A stretch of DNA of 42,429 bases from Ministeria vibrans ATCC 50519 (GCA_943704425.1 CALSCP010002280.1:1-42429); one strand, 5' to 3'; shown: positions 16,846 to 30,856, numbered from the stretch's first letter. Program-made: numbers and translations. Notes: a model not told the origin generated them from the letters alone.

Positions 16846-18840
16846 AAACCAATGGCCAATGAGCAAGCATTCAAAAACAACGAGAGAGTACCTGATCAGA
16901 TTGAGCAGTAAAGGCGCGCATCGCAATGGCCATGGGCCAGACATACGGAACGCCGTTGTGAGGTCCGCCAATGCCACTGCCGGCTGAGCCATGGAAAAAC
17001 CAGGGGTTGGATGGACTCAGAAGGAACCGACGCGTTGCCTGGTACACTGAGTCATTGGCTGTGCAAGCCCATGAAAGTAAGTATCAGTGAGTGACGGGGA
17101 GTGAGTTCGAGTGCCAGTGAGTAGTAAGTAAGTGAGTGAAAAACAGGTGTAAGTGAGTAAAAGAGAAGTGTGAGTGACAGATAGTGAGTCAGTCAGTGAG
17201 AGAGTCGGTGAGTGACGGACAGTGAGTGAGTCAGAATAGTGACAGAGAGTGAGTGAGTGACAGACAGTGAGTGAGTGAGACGATGAGTGACGGACAGTGA
17301 GTGAGTCGGTGAGTGACAGACAGTGAGTGAGTGAGTCGGTGAGTGACAGACAGTGAGTTAGTGAGTGAGTGAGTGACAGACAGTGAGTGAGTGAGTCGAT
17401 GAGTGACGGACAGTGAGTGAGTCGGTGAGTGACAGACAGTGAGTGAGAAGGGGAGTGCGGAAAAAAGAGTGACAGGGTGTGAGCGAGTGACAGTGACAGA
17501 CTGACAGTCAATGGTGTACCGTTGAGATAGCCCAAGTAAGGGAAAGAGAGTAGAGAGGGAATGTTTGCGTCGTCCATAAAGACCGCATTGCCAAACCCAT
17601 CCACCTCATACGCATAAATCGTCCTGTACAAAGTACGACAAAAAGTGGTTGTGTCAGTCTCCCTCTCACAGAATCACTCTCTGTCTCTATGAATGCGATA
17701 TGTTTTGTGACGCATCTGTACCCGGCAGTCGGGTGTGTAAGAATGGCGTGTGCTCTAATGGCCGCATCAACTTCTGCGGCGAGTGTCTCTGCCTCCTGCG
17801 CAAGAGCGCTTTGCGTGAGTTTGCGCAGGAGAGGCGCAATGGCACGCAGTTCGACGACCGCCATGGCATTGGAGGGAACAAGAAAGGCATAGATGCAGGC
17901 ATCGTCGCTGCCACGGAAGGCGCTTTTGATCATGCCGGTGTGGCGCGAAGGGAAGCCACGACCGTGCGAGAGGGTGTCCGTTGGTTGTTGTGTCGATCGT
18001 TGGAAGCGGTACACTGGGCCACCGTGTGCGTCCTCCTCGGCCGTGTCCCGTTGCTCCGTGCGCATTGTCGTGATAATCGTGTCCACTGCTTGCACCCACT
18101 CCGAAGTGAACGGTGTCATGTCCCCCGTCGCTTCGTAGTAGCGACGGGATAGCTTGAGCACGGCACAGAGCGAATCGAGTTCGTACTTGCGTTCAAAGAT
18201 GCGCTCGTTCATCGCGTTGACGCGGGCACCCAGGTACGACGGTGCCGACGTACTGTCGTCAAGATGCTGGCTCTCGGCACCGCAGTTGTCGGGGGTGAAG
18301 GCGTTTGCGTATGCGTCGATGAGAACGGAGTGCACTTGGCGCGCAATCACTCCACGAAACAGCGTCTGCAGCTGCGTGTCGCCCGACGCATAGCGAAGGT
18401 ACGGTAGAACCTGATTCATCGAATCGCGTAGCCACGAGGCCGGAATGTCGCCTGGGAGAAGAGAGAGACAGAGAGAGACAGAGAGAGACAGAGTCAAACG
18501 AAGGACTTTGCTTTTCGACCACCACCGTACCAGTGATGATGAATGCATCGCTCCCATCGTCGGCACAATACCACACCGTGGTGTCAAGCGTATTGGGAAG
18601 CGTCTGCGAAAACATCTTGGCCAGATCAGCATCCTTCATTTTGGCGGTGAACGTTTCAATGGCATTGTCAACAATGGCCGACTTGAACCGCCGCACGTTG
18701 GGTGCAGGACGCCCGGAACTCTGTGGCGGGAAGTTGTTTGACGGTCTGGGCAAGCAATCGCCGCGTCCATGGGTCACTTGAGCGACCAGTCCAACGAGGA
18801 CGAGTGAAGCGATCAGGCGCATGAATAAAACTGAATTCAT
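16620..18840 (-). CDS. Secreted GH125 exo-alpha-1,6-mannosidase
   Basis: Signal peptide (start at 18840 or 18822). PNTLDTTV, TGDIPASWLRDS, ERKYELDSL, FRGSDD, AYEVDGFGN..MDDANIPSLL, GIGGPH and MHESF..YTRPWFAWANSLFG. Confidence 0.93.
17075..17505. repeat. Degenerate (GTGA/GACA)n minisatellite filling a GH125 intron
   Basis: Repeated gagtgacagacagtgagtgagtgagtcg units of about 30 bp. Confidence 0.9.
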
Positions 18841-19027
18841 TTCGATATTCAATAATAGTATTATTTCTTTATAATTATATTTGTATAATATAACTATATT
18901 ATAGTCTTGTTTTTGACACTGAGGTGAGTGGGGTCTGACTTCAGAGTACATCTCTTGATTCTCAAATTATTTTTCTTGTTATTATTATTACAACCATATA
19001 AATATACACATTGTACATTATCATCGC

Positions 19028-19926
19028 TCACGAACTTCCATTAAGCGTTGCGTAAATAATCCGCGCATGCTCCGCGTTGATGGACGGTACATTCGCGGTG
19101 ATTTCGTCGGCAGTCGCACCGGCAAGACGCGCAATCGACTTGAACGCCCCCAACAGTAGACGAGCCTTCTTGGTGCCCACATTCGGAACTATAGTACATC
19201 ATACAAAACTATTCTCACAAAAATGCACCGCACTATCATCTGCTCCCCGTTCCTTACGCGACTCAAACGCCGCCAACACTGCCTCGTCGAGAGGCTTTGC
19301 CTTGACAACCACTGTGCGTGTCTTGGTTCCGTTCTACGCAACAACAGATCAAGGGGCCTCCCATCATGACTCTGGGTCTCTGGCTTCGTGAGCCACATAG
19401 TATTATGCGTGATGTTACCATGGTAAAATTAACATAACGTGCAACTTCGTCCATGGACGTCACAGGTAGGACAGTCATTCCACCTATATCAACAATGAAA
19501 TAGTACCAAACATCAAACAAGGTGATTGTCTTGCATACGCTCAATGGTAAGCGGCGGCTGCAGCTGCTCCAGGAAACGATGGGTCAGACGACCATACTTG
19601 CAGAAGACGACAACCTGACGCGAGTCGCAGCGGTGCGCCGTCACGACGCAACTCAGACGCGCTACGAGCTCGCTCGCAGTGCGCTCCAGAAGCACTGCTT
19701 CACTCAAGACAACGCACACCGTGTCCGGCACGGGAACAACCACCTCAAACGGAAGGCTGTCAAGCGCTTCGTCCAGCTGGATGGCGACGTTGGCTACGGA
19801 GGGGAGAGTGGCGAGTGAGGGAAAAGTATTTCATTCAATTTCACCTTTGGCGAGAGCCCTGTGTAGCGGCTGGCCACTTATTCTTGCTGGCACAGTGCAC
19901 TTTCCAACAATGGTGGTGAATTTCAT
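19028..19926 (-). CDS. FAAP24: FAAP24-like protein (ERCC4-like pseudo-nuclease fold + HhH2)
   Basis: Exons 19926-19845, 19793-19539, 19483-19419, 19333-19258 and 19188-19028 splice in phase. RGMTVLPVTSMDEVA and LPNVGTKKARLLLGAFKSIARLAGATADEI resemble FAAP24 LGMVLLPVASQMEA and IPGVGKVKAPLLLQKFPSIQQLSNASIGEL (human sequence recalled from memory). Confidence 0.75.
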
Positions 19927-20019
19927 ACTATGCGAAGCGAATGAGAAGACTTATTAAAAAAAATGAATACAAATTACAATCAACCATTCTGATCACTTAC
20001 AATATTCAAAACTATTCCT

Positions 20020-20249
20020 ATGCACGCCTTACGACTGATCGCAACGTGCCTTGTCGTGGTGTCTACTGCCCACACGGCAATGGCTCTGCACGAAGATCAG
20101 GCGGGAGTGTACGACTGGCACCAGCAGTACGTGGGCCACATCCACACCGCCGTGGTACGCCCCGCGCCGCCTCTTCCCTGCATCGTCCGTGTTCGTGTCC
20201 AACCCTCCCTCCTCTCTTTCTCACCATGCCGTGTGCCGCCGTCACTTCG

Positions 20250-20289
<40 letters not shown>

Positions 20290-23200
20290 TTGGTTTTTTT
20301 TGATACTCATCCTGTCCTCTTCTGATCGCCCACGTAGTCTCTCGACGACGGCTCACTTGTAGTCGGAAGCTCGTTTGCGGTGAGCAAGCTCGATGGGCAC
20401 ACAGGAGAGGTGGTGTGGCGCCAAGTGGTCGACGGCGAGAGCGACGGTGGCGTACACACGCTGGTCGGCGCGAGCAGCAAAAGCGCCATTTCGCTGTCAC
20501 GTTCGGGGCGCTTTGTGCGTCGCTGGAAGCCAAGCGGCGCCCTTGCGTGGGAGTCAGTGATGCCATCGACTTGTGAAGGGGGTGGTGTTGCGGTGCGCGT
20601 CGTCGCCAAGGATACGACGGTCGTTCAGGTCGGTCGATGTGTTCGGGCGATCGACACGTCGTCGGGCAAGACACGCTGGGACGTGTCCATTGCGTCGCCG
20701 CGGGATCAAGACGCCGCTGCCGCCCTTGTCGAGAAGTGCACCGAGGTTGCTGGGGTGTACGCGACGGAAGATCGCATTGCCCTTGCCTGCACCACCATTG
20801 GTGCCAAGGGTGTCGTGTTGGCGCTGCTTTCTCGTGTCGATGGCACACCCGTGTCGTCCGAGTGGCTCGAGGCACCTCTCGGCCTCCGCGCCGGTATTGT
20901 GTTCACTGAAGATGGTGCGCTCATTGCACAAGGGGGTGCACGTGCAGAGTTGTTGGCAGCGCGCGTTTCGGGCGCCACACGCACTTTCGCTGGCGTACCG
21001 ACGTCGCAGTTGCTGCGCGACACCGCCTGTGCCTCCTCATCCCCGTCGTGCACCGAGAGCAGCTGTACTGTACAATTGGTCGCCGGTCCGGGTACCAACC
21101 TCTTTACGGTGCGTCTTCCGGGCGCGCGCTCGTGCTCGCTCATCGTCAAGCCTTTCTTTGACGGCAACACTTTCACGGTGGTGAGCGCCTTTGCTCAAGG
21201 CGGCGCCTCGGCGGCCCTGGGCGACACAGAGTTTGTCCACGTTGATGGTGCGTGCAGTCGCGCAACGCGCTACAACCGCGTGACGGGCCGACCTGTATCG
21301 TCGACATCGTCGTCGTCGTCGTCGTCGTCATCTGAGAGTGAGCTCTCCGGCTCGCGCACCACCTCGTTCGTCTCGGTTGTGTCCATGAGCACGACCAAAC
21401 TCAGACTTGTGTGCGTCACCAACGACTGGATGGTACACATGCTTGATGTGAGCTCAACAAAAGAGGAGGAGGGCAGCAGCCGAAGCGTCCAAGTTGACTG
21501 GTCGCGCGACGAAGCCCTCAGCCGCGTTCTCTTTGCCGAGTTTGTCGATCCGACGGTGCGTGGCAGTGTCTTCCAGACCCTCGAACACGAGTTTGGCATT
21601 AGCGGCGACCCTTCTGCCTCCATTGTGGGCGAGTTTGTGGCTCGCATTACTGGCCAGGTGGAGGGCCTTGTGCGTCTTTTTGGCGCGGGCGGCAGCAGTA
21701 GCAGTGGCAGTGACGAAGAGTTTGCACGCGACGCTTACGGCACGCGCAAGGCCGTGGTAGTGGCCACCGCATCGGGTCGAGTGTACGCACTGCATTCGCT
21801 GACGGGTGCCGTTCTGTGGGTCTTTGACATGGGTTTGGTTGAGCCGCAAGGCATGTATCTGCAGCGCACCACGAATCACGGTAGTGCCCTTGTGACCTTG
21901 GTGGTGCGTGAGACGATGGGCGCCCGTCGTTGGCGTGTTGTGATCATCGATGGGCTCACTGGTATGGAGATACACACCAGTGACCCGACGACAGCGCTGC
22001 CGTTGGCGGACAACGACAAGAATGGTAATGTGGGTGAGCAGAAGGCACTTGCCGGAACCCCCCTCGCGTACCGTGTTGAACAGGCAGTGCTCCTGTCGAG
22101 TCATGACACTGCTGGCATTGCCCCACTCCTGCTGCTGGGCGACGATGGTCTGGCGCGCGTGATCCCCAACACGGCCGCGGCGCGCGACGTCGTCGAGAAT
22201 GGTGTGGCCGTGTACGCGTTTGCAATGGAACAGGATGGTCGTCGTGTGGCCGGTGTGCGTGTGGGCGCGTGGGACGGCGCGACGGGATTTGCGCTCGAGG
22301 ACACTTGGTCCATGCGCTTTCCCGGCCAGGAGACCTCCATTGCGGTGCGGGCACCTCATGAGCGTGTGAGCACAGTAGGACGGGTGCTTGGCGATCGTAA
22401 TGTTCTCTACAAATACCTCAACACTAACATGGTTGCGTTTGCAACGGTGAGCGAGACGAGTGCGGATGGAACGACAACGAGTGACGTGACGGTGTACGTG
22501 GTGGACGTCGTTAAGGGCACGCTGCTGCATCGTGCTGTGATTTCAGGGGGCGCGGCACCTGTGCGTCTTGTGCAAAGCGAGAACTGGCTGGTGTGCACCT
22601 ACTTCCATGGGGGCCGACACACAGCCGAGGCGGCTGTGTGGGAACTGTTTGCACCGCGCAAGATGGTCGAGCAGGAGCACGTGAGCTCCTTCCAGCACAC
22701 CGTACCGCAAACCAACTATACGCAGTCGTTCCTGCTGGGCACTCGTGTACGTGCCATCGGTGTGACCACGACACACGGCGGACTTGCTGGCAAGGCGGTT
22801 CTCTTGGGGCTCGTTGACGGACGTGTTCTCGCTGTGCCCAAGAGTGTGCTGGACCCGCGTCGCCCGCTCGACCCGCCCACTCCCGAGCAGACTGAAGAGC
22901 TCCTTGTTCAGTATCATCCTCTTGTGCCCGTTCATCCGGCTCAGGTTCTCAATTACAATCAGACGGTAAGGATACTGTATGTTTGGTGGTGCGACTGTAA
23001 CTGTACGTTTACTTTGACGCTTTGTTTTCATGTACAGGTGACTGGACTGCGGCACATTTTCACGGCTCCCACCAGTCTCGAGAGCACATGTCTCGTGTTT
23101 GCAGTGGGTCATGATCTTTTTCTCACTCGGTATTCAAATAAAGAGAGAGAAAGAAGGAGAGAAATACCAAAATCAAGAGGGAACATAGTGAGAGAGATAC

Positions 23201-23410
23201 ACACACACAGACGTATTAATATATTAATAATAATAATAATAATTTTATTTCGTATTTTACTGTAGCTCGAGACCCGCCGGTTCCTTTGACGTACTCAGCG
23301 AAGAGTTCAACAAGCCGCTTCTGGTGCTGATGACGCTGGCACTGGTGGGCTCCACCGTCGCCACGTGGGTGTGGCAGCAACGTGTTCGTCTCGCCCGCCA
23401 GTGGAAGTAA
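20020..23410 (+). CDS. EMC1: ER membrane protein complex subunit 1
   Basis: Signal peptide followed by ALHEDQAGVYDWHQQYVG. GRVLGDRNVLYKYLNTN, LDPRRP, TSLESTCLVFAVGHDLF, FDVLSEEF, then a TM helix ending LARQWK*. Confidence 0.95.
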
Positions 23411-23590
23411 AAATAAAAAGGTATTATGATTTGTATTCGTTCATGATTGATAGAAAAGAAGACATAAGAACGAACAAAATAATCGACCTGTCAGTCATGT
23501 ATGTAGTCTACTTAGAAACGAAGCGTGATGAGTAGAAGTGGAACTTTTTCATAATAGTTATATTGAAAATACAAAAAGAACAGAACAAGA

Positions 23591-24426
23591 TTACTCGCCC
23601 CAACGATCGACAATCAGCTGGATGGCACGCGCAGCAATGGACGAGGCATCCTTGGTGAGAATGAATCCGGCGTGACGTTCGAGCGATTCAAAGAAAGAGT
23701 CAAAGTAGCTAAGGTTAGGCAGACCCGTCTGTTCATCGGCGGCCCGCCAGAGGTCGCCAAAGCCATGGAAGCGCTCGGGGAAGGTGAGGTATTCGCTGAC
23801 AAGCGCCTCAATCTGTTTCCAGGCCATTGCAACAGGTGCTTCTTCTTCGACAACTTGCGTTGACCAGTCGAGTGTCATGACAGAAACGACGGCGGTGCGT
23901 GAGACGACGGGTGCGCTCTGCCTCGGCACCTCGTCACACTCTGTCTTTGTGCCAACCTCCATAGCCACAACACCCAGACCCTCTTGACCAACGTCAGGCG
24001 CTCCCCCATTCACTCCCTCCTCCTCCTCCTCCTTCGATAACATTACATTCTCTGCCACCGTCACCTTCTCCTCCATCTTAGTCGCCTCCCCTTCACTTGT
24101 CCCCCTCTCCATTGCCTTTAAAACGTCCCCTTCACCCATTTTCCCCTCCTCCTCCTCCTCCTTTATCGCCTCCCTCGCTACTCTCTCCTCCTCCTCCTCC
24201 TCATCCTCCTCCTCCTCCTTCATTGCTTCCCTCTCCTTCCCTACATCTTCTTCCAGGCCCTTCGTTGCCTGCCCTTCTCCCTCCCTATCCACCAGTGGCA
24301 CAGCTGCCCGTGCAACATGAAACGCATTCACCACACTCGCCACACTCGGCATATCCACATCGTACGGGCCCACGATCAGTCCCACAAATGGCGGAACAGC
24401 ACACTCCTCGTCGCGAAACAAAACCT

Positions 24427-24461
<35 letters not shown>

Positions 24462-26526
24462 ACATACACACACAGACGTTTTAGTCGATCGCTCTGTCGC
24501 ACATCCGTCGCCTCTCACCTGATAGTTATTCTGATTTTCAGCATCACGTGAGCTGGGCACGGGCGGGAAGGTAGGGTGAGAGTGGTACCAGCCGACGACG
24601 CGCATGTGGCGCGCCCCAATGGTCTCGGTGATTTCAACCTGTGCCTCGGGGTCCATCTCGACGTTGATACTGCCCTCGTTGCAGTCCATGCGGAGCGCCT
24701 TGGCTGGGAACGCCTCGAGGATGATCAGATGTTGTGCAATGGGGTCCCAAAGACCACCGAGCAGACCAATGATTTCGGTGTGTGCGAGATGCGCGTGAAA
24801 GTCCATGACAAGGAGCGCTGTTGCGGCGACGTCAATGGTGAAGGGCTGCTTGCCAAAAACCTCACTGCCGGGGGTGCCGTAGCGCGCGCAGCGCAGCAGC
24901 TGATGGGGGTTGTGGACGGCGTCGTTGAGACGCACATAATCGCTTGTGGTCTGGTGTTTGAGACGCGAGGAAGATGAGGAAGGTGCAGTGGCAGAGGTGG
25001 CAGAAGTACTGTTGGGCGCGATGTTGGACAAGGAGTGCTGTGAGTGCTCTGAGTGCAACAATGAGTCGGGTTGGGTTTGCGAATCGTCTCGAATCGACTC
25101 GACCGGCTCCATAACAGCCTCGTCAAAGATGCTCGGTTCGTCTGATGCGGCGAGTGCAAGCATGGCGGCCATGTCACTGGACGAGGCTGCCCGACCTCGG
25201 CGCAGACGCGACTTGGCATACGATGAGCGCTCAGTCGCCTCAGCGGCCGCATCGCCCACACCCCGTGACAAGTAAGTGTTCACTGCATTCGCCGATGTCT
25301 CGTGACCCGACTCAATCTGATCCAGCAACAAGGCGGTCACCAAGGGAGGCAAACAGGCATGTGAGAAGGAGCGCTGTGGCGCAGATAGTGCCGGTGTGGC
25401 AGCAGAAAAGGGAGAGCGACCCCCTTGGGAGGATGAGGCAAAGCCACGCAGCGCCTTGGTGCTGCTTCCAAGGCAAACAGACGACAGGGACCGTTCGCTC
25501 AGGTCCAATTGCGCCTCTTGCAAACGTAACCGATTGGACTCTGGCAAGAGGAAACGGATGGAGCATGAGATGATTGACACAAAAAAAAATGATTAGTAAT
25601 TTATTGCAGTACCGTTTCTCTGAGCGATGCTCAAAACAGATCTATGAGAGAGATCCAGCGGCTTTCCACTTGTGGTGTAGCCACTTCCAGACTCAAGAAC
25701 CTACACAAAGTGAACAAGAGAGGTTAGGAAGGGAAGGAGAGGTTGGAGGGAGAAAGAACCAAAGTGAGAGTGAGAGATAGACAGTGAGAAAGAGAGGGAG
25801 AAAGGAGAAAAGAAAGAACCAAGTGAGAGAGAGAAGGGAGAAAGAAACAAAGTGATAGAGAGTAGGGAGAAAGAAACAAAGTGATAGAGAGAAAGAGACA
25901 GAGAGAGACAGAGAGAGAGGGAGAGAAGAATGGAAAATAAGTGAACAATGCGTCTGTTGAGAATGTACTTTTGGTGGGAGTGGAGTGCGCTTGAACCACA
26001 TTTCAATGAGGACTCTGGCCGCATAGGAGCGCACCGCGTCGGGTTTTCGTCCTGGAAACTGCAAAGCAATGGCTTTCCAGTCGCGGCCGTGTGCAGCAAG
26101 ACCCGCTTGAAAGCGCTCTGCCTCATCCGCAGTCCAACGCTTCGCTTCTAAATGAACAAGAGGGGACATGTCAAAAGAGATGGAGACACAGACAGAGAGA
26201 GACAGAGAGACAGAGACAGAGACAGAAAAAGAGCCACGACGGACGGTTGGATGGTGTACAGCCGTACCTTTGGGAGTGGTCGATGGCTCGGTGCGCCGCT
26301 TCTACAAGCGCACGACGAGAGTGTCACACAAAAAGACACATAAGACTCGAAAAATGACATTACCTTCTTCTTGACACGACGAACTTCCCCCCCATCGTAG
26401 TCATCGGCAGGCTCCATATGATCTGCCAGCCACATCGAGTCACCCGCAGCGAGATTCTCGCCGCTACGGTAGAACAGAGAAAGGAGAGTGAGATGCGAAA
26501 CATTTCAATTTCGCCACAAACCTCAT
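23591..26526 (-). CDS. MYSM1-like SANT/Myb + MPN/JAMM deubiquitinase
   Basis: SANT: RWTADEAERFQAGLAAHGRDWKAIA. JAMM: MDFHAHLAHTEIIGLLGG, VVGWYHSHPTFPPVPSSRD, PFVGLIVGPY. Glu-rich insertion. Start M|SGENL inferred from splicing. Confidence 0.85.
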
Positions 26527-26863
26527 CTTGATATTAACAGCTTGCTGGAGCACGATGGTACGTTGGCTACAACACAATGAAAGGTACAGCAGGAAAAGAG
26601 AGTGTGTGTGTGTGTGAAAGATCAAAAAGTAGAACAGAAAAAGAATTGGTAGTATTTGGTACTTGAGTGAGTTGAGTCTTAACTAAGTTGAGTGTCAACT
26701 CACTGTCAAATACACAAAACAGTATTAAATCATGATGGTTTCACAACCTAGTCTACTGTCTAGGACTCATCTCTAAGACCGACAATTGTCTTCCTAATAC
26801 CAAACTAACTTGTTTATATAAACGTCCTTTGTACAAAAAAATAGAAATAAAAAATGATACTCA

Positions 26864-27384
26864 TCATATGGAGAAAAGCGACGGCTGACTTGTCTGGGAG
26901 GAGAGAGCAGGCACCTTGCGACCGGAATCGTCGAGGGTGAGCTCTGAAAGGTGTCCACCAAGACTGGGCGAGTCGGTTTGAACGGCGTTGCCATTCGCGT
27001 CGACTACAAGTGAGCCTACGCCACTGTCGTCACTGTCATGACTACCGCCCGAGCGAGGCAGAGACCGCCGTGAGGGCGACTTTGCCGAGGGCGACGGTGT
27101 TGTAGCGGCGGCGGCGGCGGCAAGCACGGCAGCTTGATCGACTTGGGCAGTTGCATTGTCGGGGAAGACGGGAGGGAAGAGGGGCGGCCCTTGCTGTGAC
27201 GTGGTGACGGCAGGAGTCGCGGAGGGAGAGAGGGCGGCTGTCGAGACGGAGGATGACGAGAACGAGAAGGGCAAGGGCGACACAACAGGCGACGGGGAAA
27301 ACGCAAGCGACCGACGCGACGCCAAAGACGAGCTGCCCAATGAGAAGCACATCAAGGGAGGGGGTGCGGCCGTGCTGGCTGTCA

Positions 27385-27426
<42 letters not shown>

Positions 27427-29791
27427 TGGCGGCTGGCGATGCGGGTGCGACCGGCATATGTGACATTGCAACAGGTCCGGCAGTGGTAGCGGTAGCGGTG
27501 GCGTTACTCGTCCGATCACTAGAAGTAGTAATGGGAAAGGCAGGGGCAGTGGTGGGTGCCGAGTCGTAGTCGGGGGTCTGGGGCACGCGGTTTTGTGGGG
27601 CCGAGATGAGACCTTCGCTGACGAGTTCTCGCTCGAGCTCAATGAGCTGCTGCATAAAGTTGATGTTGGGCGATGAGTGAGGGCGGGCCTGCCGCACCTG
27701 GGCGTACGCGGTGTTGAGGTCGACGCCGCACGTGCGCATAATATAGGCAATGGTGAGGGTGACAGAGCGGGAAATGCCCCCGCGACAGTGCACGAGCACC
27801 TTGCCGCCTTGGACGCGAATGGATTCGATAAAGTCTACGGCCTCCTGCACGTACGGCAACACCTCTTGAGTCATGTTGTCGCACAAGTCAAGTTGCTTCA
27901 GCTGGAAGGGACACGAGTCGCGATGACATTCACGCGCGCAATTGAGGATGCCCGTTACGCCGTGGTCCAGTAGCATCTCGGTGTTGTGGGCGTTCTCGCG
28001 GTTGCCAATAAAGAGGTGAGGAAGGATTTCCGACATGGGACCGTGCAGGTCGACGACGGGAGTCTCAGGTCGACGACACATATGGGCGGTCGGAAGACTC
28101 GCATATCCCCCAAGTCGTCCCGACGCTGCGACCGTTACCCTTCGACCTTGTAGTTGCGCTTGCGATGCCTGCTGGCTCACATTGTGCTGCTGTTGCTGTT
28201 GATGTTGAAGATGCGATTGCAGCACAGTGGAGGAGGGCGGCAGAGGCAACGTGAGTGACGCCGACCGAATTGGCTGGGTCGAGTTGTCCACTTCGCCACT
28301 GCTTGACATGCGAACCGGCAGCATAATTCGCCCCATCGGTTGTCCTACGGACACCCCTGGTGTCGGGGGACCCCCCGACGGAGCGGCACATGCAGCTGGG
28401 CCGTGCGCGGGCACACACAGATGCTCAAAACTCCTTCGAAATGCTTGAAGTCCACCTGGAAAAGCAGACACGCGTCGCGCGATCAGATTGGCACATTTCC
28501 TCTCGGATGCCTTCAGTGACATAACAAAAAAAAGCCACCAAACAGGATGGGGGGAGCGAAGAGAAAGAAAAAAAATGACATACGCAATCCCACGAAAGAA
28601 AGAAAGCGAAAAAAAAAACCTCATCAAAATTCTATAGATAGATAGAATGAGATGGCACACACGCGGCGATGCACGCACACACACACACATGCATACATAC
28701 ACACGCCCGTACGAGACGAGGCAGTGCACAGTGACAACGATCCGCAGAATGGGAATGTTTCGCAGTGATTTTGCCAGAAAACCAAGCATGAAAAACAAGT
28801 TGGAAGAAGTCGGAGAGGGCGCGAATACACAACAGGGGATCACACGTCGTACGTTGGTCGTGTTCTCAAAGCGAAAAAAGGCATTTTGACAACCCTCAAC
28901 TCACAAAATGACAAAAAAGAAACCAAAAAAAACACAATGACTCAACAGCACGTGTAAAAAATCGACATCATCCACTAGGGATTGGACAAGAGTCGTAAAC
29001 GTGACCAGTTCAACAGGTACTGACTCGTCAACACGTCAAAATTGTCAACCGAAAAAATAAACCACAAAAAAAAGGAAAAAAATGGTCGAGCAACTTTGAA
29101 AAAGAATATGACGCACAAGGGTGGGCACTTCACAGAGGGGTTGGTGGAAGACATATAAAAGGAGAGGTGGACGGGAAATCGCGGTAAAGGATCGTGGAAG
29201 TGGCAAGTTCGTGTCAAACAAAAAAAAGAGAGGAAAAAAGAGAAGAAAAAAAAACGGAAAAAAAGATTGGGCGAAAAAGGAGCGGAGAGACTCGTTGAAA
29301 AGCGGAGTGGGAAGGGAGTGTAATGTGAGGAGAGGGAACTGGGAAGGAAAGAAGGGAGAGGAGGGAGGAAAGGGTTGACAAGGGACGAAAAGGGGTCGAA
29401 AATAGAGAGTGAAATGTGAACCTTTGAGGTAGAACACGATGGAGCCGTGGGCTACGAGAGCCTTGAGGACGCGGCCAAGCGGCGTGTCCATGGTCTCGGC
29501 AAGCGAGTCGCTGTCGCCGTCGTCGTAGAGGACGACAGGAAGGTCGTCAAGGGCGTCGCACTCGTCGCCCGTCGCCGACGAGACAACCTCGCTGACCTTG
29601 CAGCAGCCGGTGCGAAGCCTTCTGCGCAGCAGGAAGGGGGCGACAAGCGCGACGGAATTCGGCAGGGCCAGTTCGGTGCGACTGCACCCTTGACGACAGT
29701 CTACCGCCACAAGCGGCTGTTTTTCGTTCAGGCGGTCGGCCAGCTCCGGTGCAGTGATGCACGTGGCCCGGCCTCCCGCGTCGCTTTCCAT
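26864..29791 (-). CDS. MAP kinase phosphatase (rhodanese/CH2 + dual-specificity phosphatase)
   Basis: Exons 29791-29422 and 28455-26864. CH2 elements VDCR, LLRRRL (KIM), VVLYD and YLKG|GLQAF. Catalytic VHCRGGISRS, plus IAYIM and SPNINFMQQL. Ser-rich tail. Confidence 0.92.
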
Positions 29792-30397
29792 TGTTGACGT
29801 TTACAGCAAAGCGCTATTGCGTTTTTTCGTTCTTTTTTCGTTCTTTTTTGGGATTTCAAGTCTCTCTTTCACACAACACACGCACACACACACACAGAAA
29901 AAGAAATCTATTGGGCTGAAGAGGGCATTGTAACGATGGGAAATGGCGAGGGGGGGGCAGGAGGAGTCAACGAATAATTTTGGAACGTGATTGAGTATTT
30001 CTGATTTCATTTATGATGTGTTTGACGCGAGTAGCTGGCTTGCTTGCATGTTTGTTGAAGATTACAGAGGGGTAGGTTTAAGGTTTGAAGTCTACCTGTT
30101 GCCTGATCGCAATCTTAGAGAGCGGCAACGGCAGAAACGCTGTTGGGGGTACTTTCCCTTTCTTTTGATCATGGGGCCAACGGGAATTTTTGAATATTTT
30201 GAAGATCAATCAAAAAGTGGCAAAATAACAACAGATTTTGTTAACTCTAATACTCTAGAGACCTCCTTGAATCTGAGAACTGAGAAGTGAGAGAGTGACT
30301 CACTCACTGTCTGAGTGAGAGTAGTCAGAGTATTGAGACTCACTGAGACACTGAGAGAGAGAGTGAAGAAATCGATGTTGTAAGCAATATTAAAAAA

Positions 30398-30715
<318 letters not shown>

Positions 30716-30856
30716 CGAGCGTTGTGTACTTAATGTCAAAAAAATACAAAGAGAAAAAAAGCAACACACAATGTTGCTCTCACCCTAGAGTCAGTACGAG
30801 TCATTACTTAGAGTCTAGAGTTGACAATCAGTTCCCGTTAGGCGCGCCCTGAAATT

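Noticed and set aside
17075-17505. Periodic ~30-bp repeats resembling a CRISPR-like array
   Set aside because: Degenerate tetranucleotide-derived satellite without unique spacers, inside a spliceosomal intron, with no cas genes.
20063-23112. Long antisense ORFs over EMC1 and other GC-rich exons
   Set aside because: Shadow ORFs caused by codon bias; no recognisable motifs.
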